DNA of 64,000 nucleotides from Cyanobacteria bacterium auto_48_18. GTDB lineage: Bacteria; Cyanobacteriota; Vampirovibrionia; Obscuribacterales; Obscuribacteraceae. Below, piece after piece: positions 39,710-50,289 of this stretch. Made by a program: the position numbers and the translations under genes. The notes below the pieces were generated by a model that was not told the origin of the DNA, made no database searches, and worked only from the letters and a program-made list of their open reading frames with translations. Each line of letters starts with the position of its first letter. Positions within the stretch are counted from its first letter, which is position 1. The stretch lies in contig JAVHQC010000036.1 of assembly GCA_036170915.1 (NCBI GenBank), forward strand, positions 160,001-224,000, in the 5' to 3' direction.

Positions 39710-40711
39710 TTGACTAGAAAAAGAATGGCCGTGGTCAAAGCTGTGCTGGTATTAATGACCAGCATAATTTCCGTTCACCCTGCGGCGGCCAGACAATCAG
39801 CCCTAAAGGTTTTACCTCAAGCAGGCGATCGCGTTACCGTGGTTTCTGCTGAAGGCACCCCAATTCCGCTGCCGGCCGAGGTGGTGTCGATTATGAAAGG
39901 CAAGGCCATCGTGCAAATGCTGCCGTCTTTTCAATATAAAGGTGGCGAGCAGCGCAAAGTTTCGCTCAGGCAAATAAAGGCAATTTTCCCGACTGATAAA
40001 GCCACCGCCCCTGGAGCTGCCGGCCCCGTTGAGACCAATGATGCTGCCGGTGCAAAATCTAAAATAGTCAAATTGCAAGGTAATGCCAGAGCCGGTGAGC
40101 GTGCCAAAGTACTGAGCGGCCTTTTCACCCGTTTTGGCCAGACATTTGAAGGCAAAAAGCTAATCTGCAAAGAAGAGCAATTCTATTTTTATCCTGATGG
40201 CCGTGTTTATCACGGCATACCACCTGAAGGCCCATCACATCTCGACTGGCAAAAAGCGTCGGCCACCAATGCCGATTTGTGTGGCACCTACGGCATCGAC
40301 GGCGATACCATCATATTTAAGTGGGGTAATCAGGTGGCCACCACCTGGAGTATCAAGCGTAAAGGTATAAACATTGAGCTTAACGGCCTGGTGGCTGATA
40401 AATGTCCAGAATTTCTCCATTCGACCCTTTCAGGTACCTACATGCGCCAGAGCGTAAAACTAGTAAACGGAAAATCGGTTCTCCAGCCTGAAAGCTATGT
40501 CTTTACTGCCGACAACAACGTTATTTATGTGGGTGATGGCAAGAAAACCGGACGCTATCTTCTGGCAGGCAATGACTTACAGATCAAATTTGAAAACGGT
40601 GAGATTTTTTGCTGCACTGCATTCCCTCAGTATTTGGACAGCCGCAACGTAAAATCTCCGCCGAGAATTAGTTTGGCCGGTAATCTCTATGAGCTGCAAC
40701 AGACTCGATAA
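39710..40711 (+). CDS. Hypothetical secreted protein (start 39710 or 39725)
   Basis: AGGAG RBS before TTG, signal peptide, beta-rich domains. Confidence 0.7.
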   Translation: MTRKRMAVVKAVLVLMTSIISVHPAAARQSALKVLPQAGDRVTVVSAEGTPIPLPAEVVSIMKGKAIVQMLPSFQYKGGEQRKVSLRQIKAIFPTDKATAPGAAGPVETNDAAGAKSKIVKLQGNARAGERAKVLSGLFTRFGQTFEGKKLICKEEQFYFYPDGRVYHGIPPEGPSHLDWQKASATNADLCGTYGIDGDTIIFKWGNQVATTWSIKRKGINIELNGLVADKCPEFLHSTLSGTYMRQSVKLVNGKSVLQPESYVFTADNNVIYVGDGKKTGRYLLAGNDLQIKFENGEIFCCTAFPQYLDSRNVKSPPRISLAGNLYELQQTR

Positions 40712-40712
40712 T

Positions 40713-41762
40713 TTAGACTGATACTAAAAACTTGGTGGCGATTTGTAGTGCCGCGGTGGCGGCATCATCGCCTGACACAGTCAGCTCATATGGCTCATAT
40801 TTGACTATGCCGCGGGCGTACATAGGGTCGTAATAGTCTTGCAGTAAAATTTTCACCACTGCCGCATAATCACTTTCGCCCAACAGTTGTTTAATAGCCA
40901 GCAGTTTTTCTCCGCCCAGTCTTCCCTTAATTGCCTCAAGGGAATGCAATGCCGACTCTAGATTCTGGCTGGAAAGCTGATTATTCTCAGTGTACTCATC
41001 AATTATGCGCTTTACTCGAGATTCAAGACTGCCTTCCACAAGCACCCGAGCAGCACTTTCCATGCGACCGTAGACAAACAAAGGCAGCGACAGCTTACCG
41101 ACTTTTTTGCCTTCCGCTTCTACAAAAACTACACCAGGAGGAAACGACCGCACTGCCTGCCAGACCATGGCGTCAAAATTTTTCTGAGTGGGTTGACTGC
41201 CGAGCTTCATGGCCCCAAATACTGAGCCGCGATGGTTGGCCAGCGCTTCCAGGTCTAAGACTGAATGGCCCAGTCGGCATAGATGCTGCAATATTTCAGT
41301 TTTGCCTACACCAGTATGACCATGAAGCACCACCATAGAAAATGCATACTGATCATCTTCAAATTCGCTGAGCAGCTCTTTGCGCCAGGCTTTGAAACCA
41401 CCGGTTAAACGCCAGCAATCAACTCCTATAATGCTGAGACAACTGGCTACAGCTTCGCTTCTCAGACCACCGCGCCAGCAGTGAATCACCAGCGGAGCAC
41501 CACCAACACGATGGCTGAGAATTTCATCAAGCAACTGAGGAATTTTCGGCGCCACCATCACCAGTGCTTTGCGCCGTGCCACAGATTCGCCTTCCTGGGC
41601 ATAAATGGTGCCGATAATTTCGCGCTCTTGATCTGTAAACAGGGGAACGTTTACTGCTTGAGGAATATGTTCAATAGCGAACTCACAGGGGGAGCGAACA
41701 TCAATAATAGCCACCTTCTTCAGGCTATTGAGTTCCTCGGCAGTCAATTCGCGCCAGGTCAT
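40713..41762 (-). CDS. mnmH: tRNA 2-selenouridine(34) synthase (SelU/YbbB)
   Basis: Rhodanese DVRSP and CWRGGLRS, P-loop GHTGVGKT, DLEALANHRGSVFG, YYDPMY. Confidence 0.95.
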   Translation of the reverse strand: MTWRELTAEELNSLKKVAIIDVRSPCEFAIEHIPQAVNVPLFTDQEREIIGTIYAQEGESVARRKALVMVAPKIPQLLDEILSHRVGGAPLVIHCWRGGLRSEAVASCLSIIGVDCWRLTGGFKAWRKELLSEFEDDQYAFSMVVLHGHTGVGKTEILQHLCRLGHSVLDLEALANHRGSVFGAMKLGSQPTQKNFDAMVWQAVRSFPPGVVFVEAEGKKVGKLSLPLFVYGRMESAARVLVEGSLESRVKRIIDEYTENNQLSSQNLESALHSLEAIKGRLGGEKLLAIKQLLGESDYAAVVKILLQDYYDPMYARGIVKYEPYELTVSGDDAATAALQIATKFLVSV

Positions 41763-41801
41763 TGCTTAACGCCTACTCTTTCAGTCTTCTATTTCAGTTT
41801 G

Positions 41802-43604
41802 CTATTTGGAAGTTTTTGGCAATTTGCGCTCAGCTTTAAAGTCTCCAGTTGATGATTGATTTTGCTCAGCTGATTTTGCCGAACGCATAGCTAAAACTTG
41901 CAAGAGCGGATTCGACTTTAAATCGCGGGCAAACTGATATTCAAGTTTCTCCATCAGAAGCGAACGCACTTCATCTGGACTTATAGCTCCGCCGGCACTT
42001 GCTGTAGCAACAATGGACTCGATGCTGTTTTTTAGTTCCTGAACAAAATCTTCCACTGGTATACCGCGGGGCAAAATCACACCACGCAAAGTAACATCAG
42101 GGCCGCCTACAATTTTGCCTGACTGGTCAATAGTCACGGCAATAACGACAAGGCCGTCATCAGCCAGTCTTTGCCGTTCAGCCACGATCTCTTCGTCAAT
42201 AAAGAAATCGCGGTTAAAGTCAATTAGAAGTATTCCTGAATCGACAGTACCAGACATTTTACCGGCATCGGCCGTCAATTCGAGTACTTCTCCATTGTCC
42301 ATAACAAAGACGTTTTCTTCAGGCACACCGCACTCTACAGCCAGTTCACCGTGACGAACAAGCATGCGATATTCACCGTGCACCGGCATGAAAAATTTCG
42401 GTTTGCACAAGTTGATCATGAGCTTTTGTTCTTCCTGGCAGCCGTGTCCGCTGACATGTACACCAGCATCACGTCCATAAATCACTTTGGCACCACGCAC
42501 ACAAAGAGCGTTAATAGTATTGGCTACTGAGCGCTCATTACCCGGAATTGGAGTGGCCGAGATAATCACCGTGTCACCAGCATTGATCTTGATGGCACGG
42601 TGCTCGTCGTTAGCAATGCGCGTTAAAGCCGACATGGGTTCGCCTTGACTGCCGGTGGTGAGAATTACCACTTTATCTTTCGGCAACTGATTGACCTGAT
42701 CAACTGGTACAAGCAAACCGTCTGGGTAAGACATATAACCAAGCTCACGAGCGATACTGGCGAAGGTCAACATAGACCGGCCTAAGACTGCCACTTTGCG
42801 CTCATAATTCATTGCGGCCTGCAAAACTTGCTTAACGCGATTAACATTGCTGGCAAAAGTGGTGACTATAATTCGACCTTTAGCATTGGCGAATGATTCG
42901 TTGATTTTTGCCCAAACTGTGCGCTCTGATGGTGTGAAACCTTCCCGCTCAGAATTGGTGCTGTCACTCATCAAAAGTAAAATGCCCTCTTCGCTGGCAG
43001 CAGCGATACTGGCAATATCAGACTGTTCTCCATCAACAGGAGTAAAGTCGAATTTAAAATCGCCGGTATGAAGAAGAACTCCCACAGGTGTTCTTATCAC
43101 AAGCGAGAAAGCATCAGCTATAGAATGGGTGCAGCGAATAAACTCAACATTGAAGCAACCCATTTGCACACGCTGACGCGGCTTCACTTGTTTCAAACTG
43201 GTGCGGCCTTGCAAGCCACCCTCAGAAAGTTTTTTCTCGAGTAAACCCAGAGCCAGGGCAGGGCCGTAAATGCTAGGCAGAGTCACTTCACGCAGTAAAA
43301 AAGGAATGCCACCGATATGATCTTCATGTCCGTGGGTGACAGCCAGACCACGCAGATATTGTTGATTTTGAGCCAGGAAACTTAAGTCTGGTAGCACCAG
43401 ATCGACCCCGAGCATTTCTTCAGATGGAAAAGCTAAACCGGCATCAACCAGAATAATGTCTTCACCATAGCAAATGGCCATGGTGTTCTTGCCGATTTCG
43501 CCAAGGCCACCCAGAGCAATAATTTTCAGGGTCTTGCTGGTGGAAAAAGCGGAAGTCGGCTTTAGCTCCGGCTTAATTTCATTCAGTTTATTTGCGTCAG
43601 TCAC
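41802..43604 (-). CDS. rnj: Ribonuclease J
   Basis: LGGLGEIGKN, THGHEDHIG, HTGDFK, HVSGH, PVHGEYR. Confidence 0.97.
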   Translation of the reverse strand: MTDANKLNEIKPELKPTSAFSTSKTLKIIALGGLGEIGKNTMAICYGEDIILVDAGLAFPSEEMLGVDLVLPDLSFLAQNQQYLRGLAVTHGHEDHIGGIPFLLREVTLPSIYGPALALGLLEKKLSEGGLQGRTSLKQVKPRQRVQMGCFNVEFIRCTHSIADAFSLVIRTPVGVLLHTGDFKFDFTPVDGEQSDIASIAAASEEGILLLMSDSTNSEREGFTPSERTVWAKINESFANAKGRIIVTTFASNVNRVKQVLQAAMNYERKVAVLGRSMLTFASIARELGYMSYPDGLLVPVDQVNQLPKDKVVILTTGSQGEPMSALTRIANDEHRAIKINAGDTVIISATPIPGNERSVANTINALCVRGAKVIYGRDAGVHVSGHGCQEEQKLMINLCKPKFFMPVHGEYRMLVRHGELAVECGVPEENVFVMDNGEVLELTADAGKMSGTVDSGILLIDFNRDFFIDEEIVAERQRLADDGLVVIAVTIDQSGKIVGGPDVTLRGVILPRGIPVEDFVQELKNSIESIVATASAGGAISPDEVRSLLMEKLEYQFARDLKSNPLLQVLAMRSAKSAEQNQSSTGDFKAERKLPKTSK

Positions 43605-43631
43605 CTGGGAATCCTCATCATCTTTCTCTGT

Positions 43632-44561
43632 CTAACCGGGCTGCAATGCTTTTGTTTCGCGTTTTTCCAAAGTGAAATTTTTAAGTACTTCATCTAATGC
43701 CGCTTTCTGTGCGCTGTCTAGCGGTATGAGCGGCAGACGCAGGTGTGGCTGGCAAAGCCCCATTTTTGCCAGAGCATACTTAACGCAGGTCGGATTCGGT
43801 GCTGTGAACAAGCCCTTAAACATAGCCATGCACTGATAGTGAATGGCCCGCGCCTGATCTGGCTTTCCGGCAAAAAAGGCATTCTGCATTGACATGATTT
43901 CTTTGCCGATAACATGGCTTGCCACTGAAATCACACCAGAGGCACCAACAGACAAAAAGGGCAGCGTCAAATTATCATCGCCAGAATAAATATTGAAATC
44001 AGGCCTGGCTGCAGCTGCAATGTCTGAAGCCTGCTCAACGTTTCCTGTGGAATCTTTAAGAGCGTGAATAGTTTTGTGACTCTGGCTCAAAGCAATAATA
44101 GTGTCAGCAGCTATATTGATGCCAGTGCGACCAGGAATATTGTAGACAATCAGCGGCAAGCTCGAGGCGTCGGCAATAACGCCAAAGTGAGCAAGCAGAC
44201 CAGCCTGACTGGGTTTGTTGTAGTATGGTGCCACCACGAGGGCGCCATCGGCACCAAGAGCGGCAGCAGTTTCTGTGGCTTTGATAGACTTGCTGGTTAC
44301 GTTAGAGCCTGTGCCCATGATAATTTTGATGCGTTTGCTATTCACAGCGATCACTGCTTTGAGCAAATCTTCTTTTTCATGGTCATCTAGTGTCGGGCTT
44401 TCACCGGTGGTGCCATTAACCACAATTGCTGTGGTACCAGTGGCAATTAGATGCTCGACGATAGCATCTACGGCTGGGAAATCGATTTTCAACTCTTCGT
44501 CAAAAGGTGTGACCATGGCTGTCACCATGCGACCAAACAGTCGAGCGTCGGTGCTAATCAT
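43632..44561 (-). CDS. dapA: 4-hydroxy-tetrahydrodipicolinate synthase
   Basis: GTTGESPTL, PYYNKP, YNIPGRTG, LKDS. Confidence 0.97.
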   Translation of the reverse strand: MISTDARLFGRMVTAMVTPFDEELKIDFPAVDAIVEHLIATGTTAIVVNGTTGESPTLDDHEKEDLLKAVIAVNSKRIKIIMGTGSNVTSKSIKATETAAALGADGALVVAPYYNKPSQAGLLAHFGVIADASSLPLIVYNIPGRTGINIAADTIIALSQSHKTIHALKDSTGNVEQASDIAAAARPDFNIYSGDDNLTLPFLSVGASGVISVASHVIGKEIMSMQNAFFAGKPDQARAIHYQCMAMFKGLFTAPNPTCVKYALAKMGLCQPHLRLPLIPLDSAQKAALDEVLKNFTLEKRETKALQPG

Positions 44562-44587
44562 CTAATATCTCCTGACTAAGCATGAAA

Positions 44588-45424
44588 TCATAATTTTAAA
44601 ATGGACTCCAAACCGACCTTCAATTCAGAAATATTGATCACCGCTTTGACAGAGAGCGCGATACCCTTTAAAAAGCAATTGGTATTGAAGCTGTCGTGAC
44701 GGATAGTGAGAAGTTCCCCGTCGCTACCAAAAATCACGTCTTGATGCGAGATCAGGCCTGGCAATCGCAAAGAGTGAACTCTGACGCCAGAGCTGTGTTC
44801 GGCCCCTCGTGCATGAGGTAGCAGTTCATGCTCATTGATTTCGTTAACGTTGAACTTCTTATCGCTGGCGGCCATTTTACTTAAGGTGTGCATGGCAGTA
44901 CCTGATGGCGCATCCACCTTTTTTGTGTGATGCATCTCGACAATTTCAGCGTTACCATAAAATTTACTGGCTTGTCGGGCAAATTCCATCATCAAAACTG
45001 CACCAATGGAGAAATTTGGTATCACCATGGCACCCAGATTTTTTTCAGCAGCCATTACAGCAAGCTGTTGAATTTGATCTTTGCTCAAACCTGAAGTACC
45101 TATTACAGGCCTGATGCCGTTATCTAAAGCCTTCTTAGCGCACTCAAAAGAAACATCAGCCACCATAAAATCAAGAATTACATCAGGCTTACAGAGTTCC
45201 AGCATGGTTTCAAAAGACTGGCAGACTGGGAGCCCGAGCTGACTGTTGTCAGCTGTAACATCAGTAAATTCGCTTAAGTCGCAACCGACATATTTGGCCC
45301 CTGGTCGACCAAAAGCACCCACCAGTTCGAAGGCACCATCAGTAAGCACTGGTGTCAGACTGGCGCGTCCCATGCGACCGTTCACGCCAGCAATGGCAAC
45401 TTTTATGCGATCTGTTTCTTGCAT
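44588..45424 (-). CDS. dapB: 4-hydroxy-tetrahydrodipicolinate reductase
   Basis: GRMG, PNFSIG, EMHHTKKVDAPSGTA. Confidence 0.97.
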   Translation of the reverse strand: MQETDRIKVAIAGVNGRMGRASLTPVLTDGAFELVGAFGRPGAKYVGCDLSEFTDVTADNSQLGLPVCQSFETMLELCKPDVILDFMVADVSFECAKKALDNGIRPVIGTSGLSKDQIQQLAVMAAEKNLGAMVIPNFSIGAVLMMEFARQASKFYGNAEIVEMHHTKKVDAPSGTAMHTLSKMAASDKKFNVNEINEHELLPHARGAEHSSGVRVHSLRLPGLISHQDVIFGSDGELLTIRHDSFNTNCFLKGIALSVKAVINISELKVGLESILKL

Positions 45425-45434
45425 TTGGCTGGCC

Positions 45435-45911
45435 CTAAATTAGCCGACCAGTAGAGCCAAAACCACCAGCACCGCGCTCGGCGCTGTCGGCAAGCTCGTC
45501 TACTTCCACAATCTCAACACGAGGCACCGGTGTAATCAGCAGCTGGGCAATTCTTTCACCAGGTTCAAAGGTGTATGGTTTATCACCATGATTGATGACG
45601 AGCACTTGTACTTCGCCGCGATAGTCACTATCAATGGTGCCCACGCAATTTGTCAGGCTGATACCAGCTTTGTCTGCCAGACCCGAACGAGGTCTTACCT
45701 GACCCTCGTAGCCTACCGGAATTTCAACAATAATGCCGATGGGAATGCGGCACCTCTCGCCTGGCTGCAGAGTTACAGCTTCGGCCAGAGCATTGGTTAA
45801 ATCGAGGCCAGCAGAGCCTGCTGTGGCATACTTTGGCAATGCTTTGCAATGAGGTAGGCGCTTAACCTTTAGAGTAACGGTGCCTGTTTTTTCTTCGATT
45901 ACAGTTGACAT
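45435..45911 (-). CDS. dut: dUTP diphosphatase
   Basis: SAGLDL, RPRSGLA, GTIDSDYRGE, RGAGGFGSTG; GGAG RBS before ATG at 45911. Confidence 0.97.
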   Translation of the reverse strand: MSTVIEEKTGTVTLKVKRLPHCKALPKYATAGSAGLDLTNALAEAVTLQPGERCRIPIGIIVEIPVGYEGQVRPRSGLADKAGISLTNCVGTIDSDYRGEVQVLVINHGDKPYTFEPGERIAQLLITPVPRVEIVEVDELADSAERGAGGFGSTGRLI

Positions 45912-45940
45912 ATTTTCTCCAATTTGATCAAGTGAAAATT

Positions 45941-47194
45941 TCAAGTGAGATTTAACTGATAACTTTCCGCCAATTCTTCTTTAGGTCCAACTACTACAAG
46001 TGACAACGATTCTTTTTTAAAGAGGAAATTAGCCAGCTCCATAACCGCCTCATTAGTGACGCCTTCGATGTCAGTGCGCGATTCTTCTAATGGCACGATG
46101 CGATTGTAATGCATCAAGTCTGAGGCATTGTTTGTGCTGCGGGCGCTCATTGATTCTAAGTCCATAAGCAAATCACTGCGCAACTGTGTCTTGGCGCGCT
46201 TAATTTCAGCTGCAGTAAAGCCTTCAGTTTTTACGCGTTCCAATTCTTGAACAATCAGGTCCAAAACAGGGCCTGTGTTCTCTGGTGTCATGGCGGCGTA
46301 GATGGCAAACTGACCGCAATTGCGGTAACAATGCTGCATACTAGCCACTGTATAAACAAGGCCGCGTCTTTCGCGAATTTCTCTAAACAAACGCGATGAA
46401 GCAGAAGCTGCCAGATTTAAATCGAGCACTTGCATAGCATCAATGCGTTTATCACTGTGGCTCAAGCTCGGCAAAGTGAGCATTAGTTGCGCCTGCTCAA
46501 TGCCTTTGTCACGCACAATGTTGAATACTCGGGGCTGAGGGGTAGGTGGCTTTGGCCCTTGGCCCGGCGATAACTTACCCAGCTCGTTAGACAACCAGGC
46601 AATGGTCGCCTCTTCATCAAAATTGCCGGCGATAGATATGACCATTCTCTCAGGACGATAGAAGCGCTGATAATGCTCGTAGATCATTTGTTGGTTGATA
46701 CCATGCACGGTATCAACCGTGCCGATAATGGGATAGCTGTGAGCGTAACCTTTCCATAAATTGAGGTAGGCAAGCTCTTGGGCAACATCAGCAGAATCGT
46801 CTTCGTACATCTGCATTTCGTCGAGAATAACCTGTTTCTCGAGCGTGAGATCCATGACGTCGAATCTAGGTGAGGTGACCATGTCGATCATGATGTCGAG
46901 AGCCACGGGTAAATGCTCACCGAGCACATGGCCGTATATTTTTGTCAGTTCCTTTGATGTGGAAGCACCAAGCATGCCACCAACATCTTCAATATCTTCG
47001 GCAATCTGCTCAGCCGATCTTTTTTCGCTGCCTTTAAACAACATGTGCTCGATGCAATGGGAGACGCCATTGTTCAAAGCCGTTTCGTAGGCAGAGCCAA
47101 CTTCTATCCAGAGATCGATGGCAGCCGAATAAACGGACTCCACGACCTCGGTCACTATTCTTGCCCCGTTAGGGAGAGTGGTGGTCCGAATCAT
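45941..47194 (-). CDS. M16 family (pitrilysin-like) peptidase
   Basis: HCIEHMLFKG inverted zinc motif, SRLFREIRERRGLVY. Confidence 0.93.
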   Translation of the reverse strand: MIRTTTLPNGARIVTEVVESVYSAAIDLWIEVGSAYETALNNGVSHCIEHMLFKGSEKRSAEQIAEDIEDVGGMLGASTSKELTKIYGHVLGEHLPVALDIMIDMVTSPRFDVMDLTLEKQVILDEMQMYEDDSADVAQELAYLNLWKGYAHSYPIIGTVDTVHGINQQMIYEHYQRFYRPERMVISIAGNFDEEATIAWLSNELGKLSPGQGPKPPTPQPRVFNIVRDKGIEQAQLMLTLPSLSHSDKRIDAMQVLDLNLAASASSRLFREIRERRGLVYTVASMQHCYRNCGQFAIYAAMTPENTGPVLDLIVQELERVKTEGFTAAEIKRAKTQLRSDLLMDLESMSARSTNNASDLMHYNRIVPLEESRTDIEGVTNEAVMELANFLFKKESLSLVVVGPKEELAESYQLNLT

Positions 47195-47438
47195 CGCGTT
47201 TGCATGAAGGAAAGACTTATGAGACGACTATTCTAGCATTTATTGACACTTAACCCGCGGCTTTTGACAATTACCCCTTTTCATAACTGGTTTCAGGTAA
47301 AGAAATATAATGCCTACAGGGCTTACGGTTAGCAAGCTTAATTCGCTGCTGGCGCTTTTCTATTAGAATTACCGTGCAGAGCATCAATTACGATTACCGT
47401 TACGGTTTATCTACTTTTTTTAATTTGGAGAGTCCACC

Positions 47439-48290
47439 TTGCGTGTTGCGCTCGGCATCGTCACTTACAACAATCCATTTGCACAAATTCAGCAACTTCT
47501 GAATTCGATATCTCTTTGTAGCACTGTGCTTAAAGAAAAAGCTGAATTGGTGATTTTCGTTGTGGACAATGGGGAAGACAGCAGTGCCCACTTTCAAAAC
47601 TGGCAAGATAACTGCAAAGATAAAGGATTCTCAATAGTAAGTTTGACTTCTCAGGGTAATGTTGGTTTTGGAGCCGGCATGAATCGCCTGATGGAGACCG
47701 CATTTAAGGAACATAATTGCAGCTATTTTATCTGCGTCAACCCTGACGGAGTTTTTCATCGACTGGCCATTGAACGCATGCTCGAAACTCAGGCAAAATT
47801 TGCTCCCTGCCTTGTAGAAGCCCGTCAATTTCCGGAAGAACATCCCAAACAATACGACCCAGACTCGTTTGATACACCATGGACAAGTGGTGCTTGCCTG
47901 ATGATACCAGCGCAAATTTATGCTCAAATTGGTGGCTTTGATGATCGCTTCTTTATGTACATGGAAGATGTAGATCTGTCGTGGCGCGCACGCTGTGCCA
48001 ACTTTTCCACAAAAGTCTGTCACGATGCCTACTTTGGCCATCAAGTGATTGGTCGCAAACCATCAGACAGAATTGAAAAAATGATTTTCGTCTCCGCCCG
48101 GGCACTGGCTGCAAAATGGCAGGCGAAAGCCTTTCAGCAGTGGGTTGAAGAGCAAATGTTGGAGCGAAAGTTTTTCGAAAGCCGAGAACAAATGCCAGCT
48201 CTAATCAACAACTTTAGTGTTCCCGACAATGCCGGCAGCGTTGTCAATTTTGAGCACCACTTTACCTTTTCCCAGGCACGGTGGGAATAA
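47439..48290 (+). CDS. Glycosyltransferase family 2
   Basis: IVTYN, VDNG, NVGFGAGMN, NPD, GGFDDRFFMYMEDVDLSWR. Confidence 0.92.
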   Translation: MRVALGIVTYNNPFAQIQQLLNSISLCSTVLKEKAELVIFVVDNGEDSSAHFQNWQDNCKDKGFSIVSLTSQGNVGFGAGMNRLMETAFKEHNCSYFICVNPDGVFHRLAIERMLETQAKFAPCLVEARQFPEEHPKQYDPDSFDTPWTSGACLMIPAQIYAQIGGFDDRFFMYMEDVDLSWRARCANFSTKVCHDAYFGHQVIGRKPSDRIEKMIFVSARALAAKWQAKAFQQWVEEQMLERKFFESREQMPALINNFSVPDNAGSVVNFEHHFTFSQARWE

Positions 48291-49348
48291 TGCTGGCTCA
48301 AGACTTGATATCAGTTGTAGTGCGTTTTCATGACATAGCTAAACTCGAAGAATTCGAGCAGTGCATATTTTCAGTGTGTTTGCAAAACATTGAACAGCTT
48401 GAGTTAGTGGTGGTCGTCAAAAATTTTGATCAACCAAAGTTAGCGGCGGTAGAATCGACTTGCGCCCAACAACCATGGCTCCATCCTCCAATCATCAAAA
48501 TAGTTGACTGCTCCACGCCTGATGGCGGCGACACACGGGCGCTGGCTCTGAAAAGCGGCATTGAAACGGCCACAGGACGGTATCTGGCATTTCTTGATCA
48601 TGATGATGTTGTTTATCACGACTGTTATGCCACGCTGAAAAATCTGTTGCACGAGTCTAAAGCCATAGTAGCCTTCGGTCGAACAAGGCTGGCAGTGACA
48701 AAAAATGTCAACGGCAATTCATACAACGTAGCCAAGAAAAAGTGGTTTTTCTGGGGTGACAGTCGGCGTGATTTATGGAAAGGCAACTTCATTGTCATCC
48801 ACTCGTACATGATTGACCGTGACCGGCTGCCAGTGCCACTCACTGTCGATACCAGTTTTTCCAGATTGGAAGATTATGCTCTGCTTCTCAAACTGTCGGT
48901 AGAAGGAGAGTTCGTCAAAACAGAAGACATTGTTTGCGAATATCGTATTCCACTTGGTCATGAGCTTTGCGAAGAGGCTTTCGACATGCCTTGCCAGTTA
49001 AGCGAAGCTCAAAAGCTGGAATATAGCATTTGGCATTTAAACACAGAAAAACTGAACAGCCTTAAAGAAGGTCTGAGAGTAAACATGTCGCTTGAGCAGT
49101 TCAGTGAACTGATGGATGAACTGGCACAATTAAAAACCGAGCGCGCCAGGCTCTACGAAAGACTCGCCCATTCAGATGAAGTTTGGTCAAAGCATCTGGA
49201 AGAAGCTGAGTTGCTAAGTTTTCGCTTGCTCAGGCAAGGCCACGCTGCAGTGGCAAAGCCTGGACTACTGAGAGAAACGGTGAAGCACGTACGCACTTTT
49301 AGAAAGTTTTTTAAAAAACCGGAAAAGCAATCAGAGAAATTAGATTGA
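48290..49348 (+). CDS. Glycosyltransferase family 2 with C-terminal coiled coil
   Basis: ATGRYLAFLDHDD, LEDYALLL, helical tail. Confidence 0.88.
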   Translation: MLAQDLISVVVRFHDIAKLEEFEQCIFSVCLQNIEQLELVVVVKNFDQPKLAAVESTCAQQPWLHPPIIKIVDCSTPDGGDTRALALKSGIETATGRYLAFLDHDDVVYHDCYATLKNLLHESKAIVAFGRTRLAVTKNVNGNSYNVAKKKWFFWGDSRRDLWKGNFIVIHSYMIDRDRLPVPLTVDTSFSRLEDYALLLKLSVEGEFVKTEDIVCEYRIPLGHELCEEAFDMPCQLSEAQKLEYSIWHLNTEKLNSLKEGLRVNMSLEQFSELMDELAQLKTERARLYERLAHSDEVWSKHLEEAELLSFRLLRQGHAAVAKPGLLRETVKHVRTFRKFFKKPEKQSEKLD

Positions 49349-50289
49349 CGCAGCCAGAAATAAACCTGAGCAAAGAGAAAGTACTGCTGCTGCTGAACCA
49401 TGCTGAAATATCTTCTCAGTCAATAAAACTCTTAGAGTCGGCAACCCAGGATAACACGCGATTAACAGCTCTGGTGCCTGACTTTGGCACAGCCTCAAAG
49501 TGGATGGCAGAGCAGGGTGTCTATTCATTTCTCAATAAATCTACCGACTGCAAAAGTAGCCGGCAACGCATGGCCGAAACACTTCAATTTCTTCAGCAAC
49601 ACGGCTTTACTCAACTGATTTTTAGCGATAACAGCACAGAGCCTCATTTTGCTCAAGCTTTCAAATTGCTTAATCAAGGCAATTGGCAGCAACGCCAACT
49701 AGATAGTGCCGTGATTTTAGAACTTAAAAGCAAGAGCTATGCCATGAAAAGTGTGGGCGCGGCAATGACTAATTATTTGCTTTATGACGAGCAACAAGGC
49801 CTCACCAGGCGCCTTTATTTAGGGCTAAAAAGAAGTATTGAGTCTTTGCTCTGCTTTATGGTGCTGCTTTTACTGAGCCCGATTCTAGCGCTTTTGCTTT
49901 TATTGAAAGTAGGTACGATTGCGCCAAAGACTATTCTTGGTCAAGCAAATCGCAAAAGAAACATCAACATTCTGGCACGCACTGATGCAAAAGCATTAGA
50001 GAACCAAGTTCCAGGCTGGTGGCTACCTGCCCTGTGGAACGTTTGCACCGGAGAACTGAGCCTCATAGGGCCACGCATTGTTTCACTCGAGGCTGATAAC
50101 AGTGCCTTTAGTGCCGATTTATATTATCAACTGGCACCAGGCCTAATCAGTCGTTCTAATTTAAAGGCAAGCGAAGGCCTCAGCCCAGCCCAACTCGATG
50201 AGCTGGATCAGGCCTATATGGTCGCTTGCAATCCAATATTAGACTGCAAAATCATGTTGCTGGCTCTTCTCAAACTAGTAAAACTCTAG
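49345..50289 (+). CDS. Degenerate bacterial sugar (phosphoglycosyl) transferase-like protein
   Basis: KRSIE, LLSPI, LPALWNV.TGELSLIGPR, PGL, LDCKI; lacks DELPQ. Confidence 0.7.
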   Translation: MTQPEINLSKEKVLLLLNHAEISSQSIKLLESATQDNTRLTALVPDFGTASKWMAEQGVYSFLNKSTDCKSSRQRMAETLQFLQQHGFTQLIFSDNSTEPHFAQAFKLLNQGNWQQRQLDSAVILELKSKSYAMKSVGAAMTNYLLYDEQQGLTRRLYLGLKRSIESLLCFMVLLLLSPILALLLLLKVGTIAPKTILGQANRKRNINILARTDAKALENQVPGWWLPALWNVCTGELSLIGPRIVSLEADNSAFSADLYYQLAPGLISRSNLKASEGLSPAQLDELDQAYMVACNPILDCKIMLLALLKLVKL

